DNA of 64,000 bases. It comes from a virus. Positions 1 to 10,100 of this stretch are shown piece after piece. The notes beneath the pieces are model-generated. The model ran no database searches. It saw nothing but the letters and a program-made list of their open reading frames with translations, and had not been told where the DNA came from. The translations under genes were made by a program, and so were the position numbers. Each line of letters starts with the position of its first letter. The stretch's first letter is position 1. The stretch lies in IMG/VR virus record IMGVR_UViG_3300046506_000220, positions 18,833 to 82,832 of that record, one strand, 5' to 3'.

Positions 1-46
1 CGGCTTCAAGGAGCTGATCAAGCTGGCTTCCGACCTGGAAACGAAC

Positions 47-3000
47 ATGCGTGGCGCGGGAGCCGGGGTCGAGGTAATCGGTACCGCGTTAGGCGGGGCT
101 GCACTCGCGGGCGCTGGACGATATGTCGGCGGGCTGGCCGGGGGTCTGACCGGGATGGCGGTGGGTGGATTCAAGGCGGCGGCTGCCGCGGCAGAGGTTG
201 GAGGTCAGATGGGTGTGATCGTTGCCGCCGCCGCCGCCGCGGTGGCGGGTATCGCTTATCTGGTTCGCGCGCTCAGTGATACGAACAAGGCGTTCGATGC
301 TCAGGTCACGGCCGTGAAAGCGGCGAAGGACGCGCAGTCGGAAAGTCAGCAGGGCATGGACAGCCTCGGCCGCACGATCGAGACGCTGGGTCACAAAATG
401 GTCGCGCTCAACCAGCATCCCGAGTTGCTCAAGCGTGAGATCGATGACGTTGCGAAGACGTTCGAGAAGTATGGTGAGCAGCTCGACAGGAGTGCGATTC
501 ACAAGACCGAGGACCTGATCGATGCGCTGCAACGCCTGCACGGTCAGATGGGTCAGCGTTATGAACTGAACACCAATATCGTTTCGGTTCAACTCGACCG
601 GCTGAAGGATGAGACGCTGAAGAAGCTGGCCGATTCGGGCAAGGACTTTACGGCGGCGACGGCTGCGGGTCCCCAGGACAGGATCAACCGCGCCCGTGAT
701 ACCTCGGTTCTCGTGACAGGGGACACGGGGGATATCGTGGAGAGCCTGGGCGACATCAGCATCCTTCCGAGTGGCCGGCGCTCCAGGGGCACGCTGCCGG
801 TCAGTGGCGTCACGCAGGCTAACCTCGGGCAACTGACGGCCTATCTCGGTGAGCTGGTCGACCCGGCCAAAGTCGCTGCGTTTCAGGCAGGTGCTGCTCA
901 GGGCCTTAATGCTTACCCGGAACCGACGACAGCTGACGAGGTTGCTAAAGCCATCGAACGGATCGACAACGCCAGTGGTGCCCTGAATGCGGCGCGTAAC
1001 GTGGTCAATACGGGTGCCCTCAACCCCAATGCGACGCTTCAGCAGAAGCAGACCGCCGGGGGGGTTGAACAGTTATTCAGTAACTATCAGGCGGCGTTGA
1101 ACGGCACGCGTGTTGTTCTTGAAACCCTCCAGCGCACCCTCTCCGAGCAGGTTACGGTTAAAGGCCAGCAGGATCAGAGCGCCTATGAGCGCAGTCCGGG
1201 CGTGGCCGCGCGCACCGCGGGAATCGACAGGGTTCTGCGTGCCGCTGAGCGTGTGCTGACCTCAGGTTCGGGCGTCAACCGTTCGCTTGACGACCTCTGG
1301 ACTGCCCAGACGATGGCCGAGAGTGGCCGGCGCCAGTTCGGCAGGGATGGCAAGCCCCTGCGCTCCCCTAAGGGTGCGGTCGGTGTAGCCCAGGTGATGG
1401 AGGGCACGGGTCCCGAGGCGGCGGCTGATGCTGGCGTCGACTGGGATCGCGACAAATGGCTGAACGACCCGGCCTACAACGAAAAGATCGGCAAAGCCTA
1501 TATGGGCAAGCTGATGAAGAAGTACCGTGACAACAACACGCTGTCGCTTGCGGCCTACAACTGGGGGCAAGGCAACGTCGACAGCCTGCTGAAGACCGCG
1601 GGCGACTTCCGCAATCCGGCGAGTGGTATCACCGAGTCGGACTTCATTGACGCGATTACGGCCAGGTCCAAGTCAACGGAAACGGCGGACTACATCGCGC
1701 GTGTCGGAGGGGGGGCCGGTGCCGGCGCACTGGGCCAGTACTATGCGCTGAAGAACAATCGTGAGATGGCGGTGGCGGCGCAGCAGGCTGCCGAGCTGGT
1801 GCAGCAACTTAAAGCCGCGTTCGATCTGGCCGTCAAGGACAAGAATCTGCCTGAGCAGGCCAGCATCACCATACAGCTGGATCGGGCGAAGACCAGTCTC
1901 GCGGCGTTCGAGACCGAATACAACAAGAAGCGCGAAGCCGCGGCCCCTGCCCTGCGCAAGGTCGCGCAGGCTGAGGAACGTGCGCTCGAAGCGCAACTCG
2001 GCGCGCTCAACAAGCAGATCAACGCCTCAACCGACATCGATGATATTCAGGTCAAGCGCGATGACACCAAGGCCCTGATCACGCAGAAGTACCAGACCCA
2101 GATCGATGTGCTGAAGAGTTCCAGCCAGATCCTGAAGGGTCCGGAGGGTGCGCCCACCTACTCGGCCGAGGTGGAGGCGCAGATCAGGAGCCTTCAGGAT
2201 GAGCTGGCCGCGAAGCTCAGGTCACAGGACGAGGCGGTCGCGCACCATATCGAGACCGTCACCAAGGCGCTGGAGGATGCGAAGCTCAAGGAGCAGCTGA
2301 AGAAAGACGCCCAGGAGTTCAATGCCTTCATGAGTCGGCTGGGCCTCGACATGAAGGCGGGCGACACGCAGCTCAAGGTCGACCTTCGCCGAAATGCCCA
2401 GCCCCTGCGCGATGATGCGAGCCAGGCGGCGTACATGAACGACCCGCGCTACAGCGCGCAGTTCAGTGGGGTACAACGCCAGTCGCTGTCGTTCAGGCAG
2501 GCGGCGGACCAGGACGTGAAGGATCAGGCCGACTTTGCCCGCCAGCAACGCCGTCAGCTCGAACTCGACGCATTTGCCGCGCAGGCGCAGGCCGAACGCA
2601 TCACGCTGAATAACCGGCAGGCGGCGCAGGAGGCTGAGGTTGCCGGTTTCAGGAACCTCCCCGAAAGCGCCCCCGAGCGTGAGCGCGCGCAGAAAGCCCT
2701 GAACCAGACGTTGAATGAGCAGCTGGCCCTGACAGGCAGGATCGGGGAGCTTGAGCGCGACCAGACCAAGAACGCCGAGGACCGGCTGGAAACCGAAAGC
2801 AGGATCAACGCGAAGAAAGCCACGCCGCTCACGCTCGGCGAGGGCATCCTCGATGCCAACGCGAACTACATCCGGATGCACGACGAGACGGCGCAGGCGC
2901 TTGACGGCTACAACCAGATGATCTCGACCACGCAGAACAACCTCGCGGGCTTTTTCGACACGATCCTGACGAAGTCGGCGAGCGCGGGCGAGGCGATGAA

Positions 3001-3589
3001 GGCGTTCGCCCGCTCGTTCCTGCAGTCGATCCTGTCGATCATGGAGCAGCAGGCGGCGCTCTCGCTGGTGAAGTCGATCCTGGGCGCGTTCGGGTCGGCG
3101 GGCGCCTCGTCGGCGGGTGCCGGTGCCGATGTGCAGGTTGGCGGCCCGATGGACCTCGGATCGGGCACCGTTACGGCGCTGCCTGCGATCCAGGGGGGGG
3201 TGGTTGGTGAGGGGGTGATCACCCGCGGGGGCGCGATCTCGCGCTTCGCGGGGGGTGGCCGGGTCAATGGCCCGGTCAGTACGCGTGACTCGGTGCTTGC
3301 GCTGCTCAAGCCGGGCGAAGTCGTGATGAACGACGGCGCTGTTTCGGCCGTCGGCGAAGACTTCCTGAATGGCCTGAATGCCCAGGGCAACCGCGTGATC
3401 TCGAGGAGCCAGCCGGCGCCGGCTCCGAAACGTGACCGGGTTCCGGATCACGTGAATGTCTGGGTCGTGGCACCGGACCAGAAGCCCCAGCTGGGTCCGC
3501 GCGACATCGTGGCCACCATCAGCGATGACATTACCCGTGGTGGCACGACCAAGCAGCTGATCCGGCAGGTTGCACTGGGGCAATCGTAA
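47..3589 (+). CDS. Tail tape measure protein with lytic transglycosylase (SLT) domain; probably starts upstream of the window
   Basis: Long Ala/Gln-rich helical ORF. SLT motifs AESG, SPKGAVGVAQVM, LAAYNWG and ETADY. C-terminal FAGGGRV..PGEVV motif. Lies directly before the tail tip genes. Confidence 0.9.
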   Translation: MRGAGAGVEVIGTALGGAALAGAGRYVGGLAGGLTGMAVGGFKAAAAAAEVGGQMGVIVAAAAAAVAGIAYLVRALSDTNKAFDAQVTAVKAAKDAQSESQQGMDSLGRTIETLGHKMVALNQHPELLKREIDDVAKTFEKYGEQLDRSAIHKTEDLIDALQRLHGQMGQRYELNTNIVSVQLDRLKDETLKKLADSGKDFTAATAAGPQDRINRARDTSVLVTGDTGDIVESLGDISILPSGRRSRGTLPVSGVTQANLGQLTAYLGELVDPAKVAAFQAGAAQGLNAYPEPTTADEVAKAIERIDNASGALNAARNVVNTGALNPNATLQQKQTAGGVEQLFSNYQAALNGTRVVLETLQRTLSEQVTVKGQQDQSAYERSPGVAARTAGIDRVLRAAERVLTSGSGVNRSLDDLWTAQTMAESGRRQFGRDGKPLRSPKGAVGVAQVMEGTGPEAAADAGVDWDRDKWLNDPAYNEKIGKAYMGKLMKKYRDNNTLSLAAYNWGQGNVDSLLKTAGDFRNPASGITESDFIDAITARSKSTETADYIARVGGGAGAGALGQYYALKNNREMAVAAQQAAELVQQLKAAFDLAVKDKNLPEQASITIQLDRAKTSLAAFETEYNKKREAAAPALRKVAQAEERALEAQLGALNKQINASTDIDDIQVKRDDTKALITQKYQTQIDVLKSSSQILKGPEGAPTYSAEVEAQIRSLQDELAAKLRSQDEAVAHHIETVTKALEDAKLKEQLKKDAQEFNAFMSRLGLDMKAGDTQLKVDLRRNAQPLRDDASQAAYMNDPRYSAQFSGVQRQSLSFRQAADQDVKDQADFARQQRRQLELDAFAAQAQAERITLNNRQAAQEAEVAGFRNLPESAPERERAQKALNQTLNEQLALTGRIGELERDQTKNAEDRLETESRINAKKATPLTLGEGILDANANYIRMHDETAQALDGYNQMISTTQNNLAGFFDTILTKSASAGEAMKAFARSFLQSILSIMEQQAALSLVKSILGAFGSAGASSAGAGADVQVGGPMDLGSGTVTALPAIQGGVVGEGVITRGGAISRFAGGGRVNGPVSTRDSVLALLKPGEVVMNDGAVSAVGEDFLNGLNAQGNRVISRSQPAPAPKRDRVPDHVNVWVVAPDQKPQLGPRDIVATISDDITRGGTTKQLIRQVALGQS

Positions 3590-3981
3590 TGGCCACTACC
3601 GCGACCTTCGACTTCCCGCTGCACATGGTGGAGGACAAGAACACGGACCCCGGCAACCGGGTCCAGCTGGGTAACTCCTATATGTTCGCCACGCCCCCCA
3701 CGGCGCCTACTCCGCGTGTGTTCGTCCTCTCCTTCGAGACCATGTGGCGGGGCCTGAAGGCCGACGGCACGATGGACACCACGACACTCGCGCAGACGAA
3801 CGCCGGGGCGCTGTGGGCGTTCTACCAGACATATCAGTTGCACAAGACGTTTCAATATCAGCATCCGTGGTTCGGCGCGGTCAACGTGCGCTTTAACAAG
3901 CCGCTTGAACTGCCCAAGGGCAGGAAAGGCGCCGACGGCTGGACCGAGGCCTTCAGCATTGAGCTGATCGAGCAGCCTTGA
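3589..3981 (+). CDS. Minor tail protein, lambda gpM-like (distal tail)
   Basis: 130 aa, coupled to the tape measure stop. RVQLGNSY, KTFQYQHP and a terminal IELIEQP fit the gpM pattern. Confidence 0.7.
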   Translation: MATTATFDFPLHMVEDKNTDPGNRVQLGNSYMFATPPTAPTPRVFVLSFETMWRGLKADGTMDTTTLAQTNAGALWAFYQTYQLHKTFQYQHPWFGAVNVRFNKPLELPKGRKGADGWTEAFSIELIEQP

Positions 3982-4472
3982 GAGCCGATCTTCCCGATAC
4001 CCATGTAGCCGACGCCTTCGAGCTGTCGCCCGATGCGCTGGTGGATCTGTTCAGGATCCAGCTCAACCAGCTCGGCGGCAGCACGATCATCTGCATGACG
4101 GCGCAGAAGCAGGTGGTCTGGCAAGGGATGACCTTTGAATCGATCGCCGTGAACCTGACCCAGGAAGGGGTCAGCACCAACGGGGAATGGCAACGTCCGA
4201 AATTTACCGTTGCGAATCCCGACGGGGTGTTCTCGGCATTCGTTGCACAGGGAAAAATGGACGCCGCGACGATTACCCGCTACCGCGTCAACAAGGCGGA
4301 CGTGGATGCCAACATCGGCCGCTTTGCGATGAACGTCTGGCGTCAGTCGAAGACCCTGTCGATGAGCAGGACACTGGTCACCTTCGAGCTGCGCTCGCCG
4401 CTGGACGGCCCCCAGTTCCAGCTGCCGGCCCGCGCCTTCTATCCTCCGGAGTATCCGCATGTCTCTTTGTAA
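3978..4472 (+). CDS. Minor tail protein, gpL-like
   Basis: Position after gpM. LVDLFRI, RPKFTVAN and VTFELRSPLD..QLPAR motifs are typical of gpL. Confidence 0.75.
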   Translation: MRADLPDTHVADAFELSPDALVDLFRIQLNQLGGSTIICMTAQKQVVWQGMTFESIAVNLTQEGVSTNGEWQRPKFTVANPDGVFSAFVAQGKMDAATITRYRVNKADVDANIGRFAMNVWRQSKTLSMSRTLVTFELRSPLDGPQFQLPARAFYPPEYPHVSL

Positions 4473-5739
4473 ATAACCCAACCCTAAAGGACGGAGCTTT
4501 CCACTGTATCAGGACGAACCCGATGCGTGAATTCAGGACGATTTACAGCGCCCCTTACCAAACCGATAGGGTTGGCAAAATCAGCTATGTTGACGGACGC
4601 GTTAACGTCTGAGTGCCGCTGATTTCCGCACAAACAGGAGAAGTGATGCTTAACCCGTTTTCCGATAGCCCCACATACCGAGCACGTTTGGCTGGTATAA
4701 GCAGGGTCGACATACACCACAGCCAATCCGGCACCTTGCGCCTTGTAGGCCACAAAGTCCTGCAATTGGGCGAAGGCCCAGCGATGCAGCCGTGTTTTCA
4801 TCCGCTTACCTGCTTTGATTCTGGCGCGGATATAGGTCAGGTCTTCCATGCGGATTTCGCCTGCCCCAACACGGATAGCTTCTGTAACGATGGCTTTGCT
4901 GGTTTCGTGGTTGACGTGCCTGACATGTCGTTGTTCACGCCCGGAGATAGCGCGCAGCTTTCGCTTGGCTGCACGGCTACCGTTGGCTTGGAGGCGACGA
5001 CGATGGGCAAGGTATTTGTCGCGGTTATGCCGCAGTTGTCCGCCACCAAACACCTTTCCAGTGCTGGTTGCAGCGAGGTTGTTCTCCCCAACATCAACCC
5101 CAAAAGTACCACCGGTAACAGGCGTGATATCGGGCAAGTTGAGAACAAGATTGAAATACCAGACGCCTTTTTTGATAACAAGTCTGGCTTCTTTCGGTTG
5201 TCCGTTGGCGAAAAGATTGAATTGATGCTTTCCGCCAACAAATGGAATGTGCTCGCGTCCGCCCAAAGTGAACAGGGAGAGCGCGTTACCCTTGATCGAG
5301 TATGTGCGCTTGTCGAAATTGACGGACGTGGGATGGAATGTGATAACTGGAACAGGCTTGTCCTTGTCGAATTTCTTGTTGGCTTTCAGCGTTCTATAGG
5401 CGTCAGCCACACGATGCACCGCCTGACACACCATCTGGCTACCGAGCGCCGGGAACCGTTCCCGCACCAGATAGTAAGCAAGATGGTGCAACGCAACGCG
5501 ATTCCAGCAACGCTGCTCCATTGCCATCGGAACGATGGAATTGCATGCACCCGAAAACTCAATAGTCAAAGCAGAAAGCGCCGCCGATTGTTCGGCAGTT
5601 GCCAGCAGCTTCAACGATATGGTTCGATGGGTCATTTTGTGATCATACAGTCTTGTGTGAAAAGTTCCGTGTGCTCGACCGCAATGCGGTCACTCTCGGC
5701 TTGAAGCTAGGATTTCTCAGGGTTCGAAGATGTCACTTT
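4469..5739 (-). mobile_element. IS200/IS605-family TnpB-only element (IS1341-like, no tnpA)
   Basis: Lower-GC insert between gpL and gpK. On the minus strand the right end reads GCTCCGTCCTTTAGGGTTGGGTTATTTAC and the left end follows a putative TAM TTCAT (5740-5744). Hairpin GACCGCATTGCGGTC lies upstream of tnpB. Confidence 0.8.
4484..5635 (-). CDS. tnpB: RNA-guided endonuclease TnpB
   Basis: RuvC motifs GVDVG, MEDL and HSDVNAS are all intact. Zn ribbon YTSQTCSVCG..CLCG. 383 aa. Confidence 0.95.
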   Translation of the reverse strand: MTHRTISLKLLATAEQSAALSALTIEFSGACNSIVPMAMEQRCWNRVALHHLAYYLVRERFPALGSQMVCQAVHRVADAYRTLKANKKFDKDKPVPVITFHPTSVNFDKRTYSIKGNALSLFTLGGREHIPFVGGKHQFNLFANGQPKEARLVIKKGVWYFNLVLNLPDITPVTGGTFGVDVGENNLAATSTGKVFGGGQLRHNRDKYLAHRRRLQANGSRAAKRKLRAISGREQRHVRHVNHETSKAIVTEAIRVGAGEIRMEDLTYIRARIKAGKRMKTRLHRWAFAQLQDFVAYKAQGAGLAVVYVDPAYTSQTCSVCGAIGKRVKHHFSCLCGNQRHSDVNASVNIADFANPIGLVRGAVNRPEFTHRVRPDTVESSVL

Positions 5740-6251
5740 ATGAACAATACATCGAGGGGTTTGAAGGTCTGCCCTATGTGGAAGGCCGGTCTGACTGCTA
5801 CGGCCTGGTGCGCAGGTGGATCCGCCTGAAGTACGACATCAGGTTGACCAACTACGCGCGTCCGCCCGCGTGGGAAGACGACGGATTCAACCTGCTTGGC
5901 GACTACTTCGGGCGGGAAGGTTTCGTGATCGTCATGGTTGCGCTGAACCGGCTGGAGATCGGGGACCTTCTTCTGATGCGCATCGCCAGTCGCAGCGGGG
6001 TGGCGAACCATATCGGCATTTATGTGGGCAACGGCTATGTCCTCCATCATCTTTACGGCCAGAAGTCCAGGGTTGATGCGCTCAATGAACAGTGGAAGGG
6101 ACGGGTTCTGGATGTTCTCCGGCATCCGGACATCTCAGCGAAAAACATTGAGACCGTCGAGAAGATTGACCTGATGACCCTGCTTCCCCCGCACATGAGA
6201 GAGAAATATGAACGAGCAGCAGCTGCTGGCACTGTGGAATCCGCAGGTTGA
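5730..6251 (+). CDS. NlpC/P60 tail tip protein (gpK C-terminal-like)
   Basis: DCYGLVR catalytic Cys motif and NHIGIYVGNGYVLHH. Confidence 0.9.
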   Translation: MSLYEQYIEGFEGLPYVEGRSDCYGLVRRWIRLKYDIRLTNYARPPAWEDDGFNLLGDYFGREGFVIVMVALNRLEIGDLLLMRIASRSGVANHIGIYVGNGYVLHHLYGQKSRVDALNEQWKGRVLDVLRHPDISAKNIETVEKIDLMTLLPPHMREKYERAAAAGTVESAG

Positions 6252-6639
6252 GCGTTGTGGCTTCATCCTGAGCGATGGCGAGATCGTCGAGTGTCCTAAC
6301 GTTCACGAGAATCCGGAAAAAGGCTTTGAAATCCCACTCCAGTCCATCACACAATACAGGGATCGCGTGAGCGCCACGTGGCACACGCATCCGGCGACGG
6401 GACCGAACCTCAGTGCGCAGGACTACAAGGCGTTCCAGCTCTGGCCCAGGTGGTACCACTACATCATTGGTGAACGGGAAGTCTGGTGTTTTTACGTTCG
6501 CAACAACGCGGTGATCCTGTTCGATGAAGACGATCTATCTGCATGGCTCCCTGAAGGATCGACACCCGGAGCCGATCAAGGTCCACGCGTCGAGCGTGGC
6601 GGAAGCGCTGTCGATCCTGAAGCAGCTTCCGGCGTTTGA
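6208..6639 (+). CDS. JAB/MPN metalloprotease (gpK N-terminal-like)
   Basis: ERCGFI..ECPNVH plus the complete JAMM motif HTHPATGPNLSAQD. Confidence 0.9.
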   Translation: MNEQQLLALWNPQVERCGFILSDGEIVECPNVHENPEKGFEIPLQSITQYRDRVSATWHTHPATGPNLSAQDYKAFQLWPRWYHYIIGEREVWCFYVRNNAVILFDEDDLSAWLPEGSTPGADQGPRVERGGSAVDPEAASGV

Positions 6640-7141
6640 CGTGGAGAACCCGGTCGAGGTCCGCGTCAGGGGCTTCGAGTGCCGGGATGCGCTTTACGCG
6701 GCGACCGATGTCGACGAGCTGCACGTGTACCCGGCGCTGCGCGGCGGCGGTGGCAACGGCGGGTTCCTGCAGATCATCATTGGCGCGGTGCTGGTGGTGG
6801 TGGGAGTCATCGTATCCTTTATCCCCGGTGGGCAACCGTTTGGCATTTCCATCGCGATGAGCGGCGCGATGATGATGCTCGGCGGCCTGATCCAGCTGCT
6901 GGCGCCCTCTCCCAAGGCGAGTACCAGCGCCGACACGAGCCAGTCGCTCTACATCCCGTCGAACCAGAACACCACGAAAATTGGCACGCGCATCAAGCTG
7001 ATCTTCGGCACCGTGCGGACCTTCGGCCACTACCTGTCCTTCAATGTCGATGCCCGACGGCTCGATAACAGCACGCTTGCGCTTGGCGGCTACTGCAACT
7101 ACACCGGGGCAGGTCAGGCCCAGAACTGCGTGCTGGGTTAA
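6524..7141 (+). CDS. Tail assembly protein gpI-like (ubiquitin-like N-terminal domain)
   Basis: IYLHGSL, SVAEALSIL, PALRGGGG, then hydrophobic LQIIIGAVLVVVG and IFGTVR. Confidence 0.85.
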   Translation: MKTIYLHGSLKDRHPEPIKVHASSVAEALSILKQLPAFDVENPVEVRVRGFECRDALYAATDVDELHVYPALRGGGGNGGFLQIIIGAVLVVVGVIVSFIPGGQPFGISIAMSGAMMMLGGLIQLLAPSPKASTSADTSQSLYIPSNQNTTKIGTRIKLIFGTVRTFGHYLSFNVDARRLDNSTLALGGYCNYTGAGQAQNCVLG

Positions 7142-10100
7142 ATGCACACCAACCGCACACTCCGGGGCGCAGGTGGGGGCGGGAGTGGTTCGAAGAACCC
7201 CACCCGCACCGATGACAACCTGTTCTCGCGCGACACGGTCGAGATCGTCCTGGCGCTCGGTGAAGGTCCGATCCGGGGACTGCGCAATGGCATGCAGTCG
7301 TTCCATGTCGGCGGCACGCCGCTGATGTCGGAGAATGGCTCGATCAACTTCGAGTCGTTCAATCTTGGCGTCAAGCTCGGGCACCCCGGCGAGTCCCCGA
7401 TCAACTTCCAGCTCGGTGGCGAAGCCTCCAACACGGCCGTCGGCACGCGCCTCTTTCAGGGTACCTGGATCACCCGCCAGACCGATGCGTCGCTTCGGAA
7501 TGACATCGACCAGCTCCAGGTCCGGCTTCAGGTCAGCACGCTGTATGTCCAGAACGACAAGGGTTCGTTCAACAACACGGCGCACTTCCATATCCAGTAC
7601 CGCGCCGCGTCGAGTCCGTCCTGGTCGGAATACAACGGCAGCGGCGGCATTGCCGTGACGGGCAAGACCTCAAGCGGCGTGATCGTCGAGTATGCATGGA
7701 ATGTGCCGCGTATCAACGATGACTGGGTGATCCGCGTTCTCAAGGACAATCCCGACAGCAGCACCACCGACTATTGCGACATCACCTGGGAAAGCTTCCA
7801 GATGGTTACCGCGAGCAACCGGACCTATAACCGGGTTGCCCTCCTCCATCTGGTTGCGCTCGCAACAAGCCAGTTCAGCTCGATCCCGGATTTTGCGGCG
7901 GAAGTTGACGGTCTCGAACTGCTGGTGCCGACCAACTACAACACCGACCTGCACACCTACGACGAAGGCACGCCGTGGAACGGGGGGTTCAAGCAGACCT
8001 GGACCAACAATAACGCCTGGGTTCTCTACAACCTGATCATGAACCCCGACTGGGGACTGGCGAAGTACTACCCGTGGATCACCTGCAACCGCTTCGACTT
8101 CTACGATGCCGGTAAATGGTGTGATGTCATGGTCCCGGACGGGCGAGGCGGCTGGCAACCGCGCTACACCTTCAACATGGAGATCAAGGACGCGCAAAGT
8201 GGCCTTGACATGCTGCAGTACGTGGCGGGCACCTTCGGCGCGGTGATCTTCGACGATGCGACCGGCATGGTCCATCTGCGCGTCGACCGGTGGGAGGAAC
8301 CGACCCTGCTGCTGACACCCGAGAACGTGTCACCTGAGGGTTTCAGCTACACCTTCACCGATATGGCCTCCCGCTATAACGACCTGGAGGTGCATTTCGT
8401 CAACCCGGACCTGGATTATCAGGGTGACCTGCGCAACGTCACTGACCCGAACCATATCGCGCTATACGGCCATATCCCGAACTCGTTCGAGGCGATTGGC
8501 TGTACCAGCGAGCATGAAGCGCTGCGCCGCGCCTACTACCGGCTGATCACGAACCTGACCGAGACCATGACGGTCACGTGCAGGACCGCGCGGCTCGGAC
8601 GCATCATTGACCCGTACAGGCCGATCTACATTGCCGACCCGACCACTGGTTATTCGACGGGTGGCCGGATCAGGTCGATCGCCAACAACCTGATCTATCT
8701 GCGCGACCCGATCTATTTTACGGTCAACCAGAACTACAACCTGAAGCTTCAGGCGCGCGGCGGCCTGTGGACACTGGTGGTGGCGCCCGATATGGTCGGT
8801 AGTGCCTACCAGTTGCGCATCGTGAGTGGCGTCATCCCACCGGACATCCCCGACCGCACCGTCTTCACGATCGAGGATAACGGCGGCTTTGGCATTGCGA
8901 AGCCCTTCCGGCCGCTCACGATCAGTCCCGCCGATGGCTCACCGAACGAATACGACATCACGGCTGTCGAGATCAACATCAACAAGCAGGCCGCGGCGGA
9001 TAACTGCACACCCGTCGGTAGCACGCAGTATTCGTTCAAGAATCCGCTGATCCCCCCTCCCCCGACGAATCTGGTCGCGGAGTCGGGCACGGCCATGCTG
9101 TTTCTCAGCCAGGACGGCACCATCATGGCGCGCATTCACGCGTCGTGGGACCCGCCTGGGACCGCCGTCATCAAGAACTACCTGATCCACTGGAAGGAGT
9201 CCAACCAGTCGACGTGGTTCGAGACGACCTCGATGAGCGAGAGTGTCATCCTGGCACCCTGCAAGACGGGGGTGCAGTACGACATCGTTGTCTGGGCAAT
9301 CAGCAGCTTTGACTATCGTAGCGCCCAGCTCGCGATGTGGAACTACACCTGCCTGGGCAAGGATGAGCCGCCGAGTGACGTGCAGAACTTCAATGCCATC
9401 AAGCGCTCACAGGACATCCTGCTGAGATGGGATCCGATTGCGGATCTGGACCGCGCCGGCTATGAGCTGCGTCTGGGGTCCAACTGGGACACGGCGGTGG
9501 TGCTCGTGACCGACTATGCGGCCACCCAGTTTGCCTGGACCACCACGCAGGGGGGCAGCTACGACTTCCTGATCCGCGCCATCGACACCTCGCACAACTA
9601 CTCCCGCCTGCCAACCCGCACGACGCTGCGGCTGTACGGCCCGTCTGCGGTGACCGGGGCGATTGCGATCCAGTCAGGCAACCGGGTCGACCTGCGGTGG
9701 AATCCGAACCCGGAAGACAACATCACCGACTACGAGATCCGCGAGGGAGGCACGTGGGCGACCGCCGTGTTCGTGGCCAAGGTGAAGTCGACCACCTACG
9801 CCGCCACGGCGGGCGCGGCAGGTACGCGGATCTTCTGGCTGAAGGCGATCGCGTCGCCGGGGATCTATTCAGACAAGGCGACGTTCGTGACCACCGACAT
9901 CGCCCAGTCCGACAGCACCAACATCCTGTACTCGTCGGATGAGGTGGCCAAGGGCTTCACCGGGCCAAAGTTCAACATGGTGTCCTATGGCCAGTCGCTG
10001 CGCATGGATGATGGCAAGACGAGGTCTGAATACTTCTTCTCGGTGAACCTGGGAGATGTATTCCGTGCCCAGAACTCGCTGTTTATCGGCCTGAACGCGA

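Noticed and set aside
4613-5704. 363 aa plus-strand ORF
   Set aside because: Antisense shadow of tnpB with no recognisable motifs.
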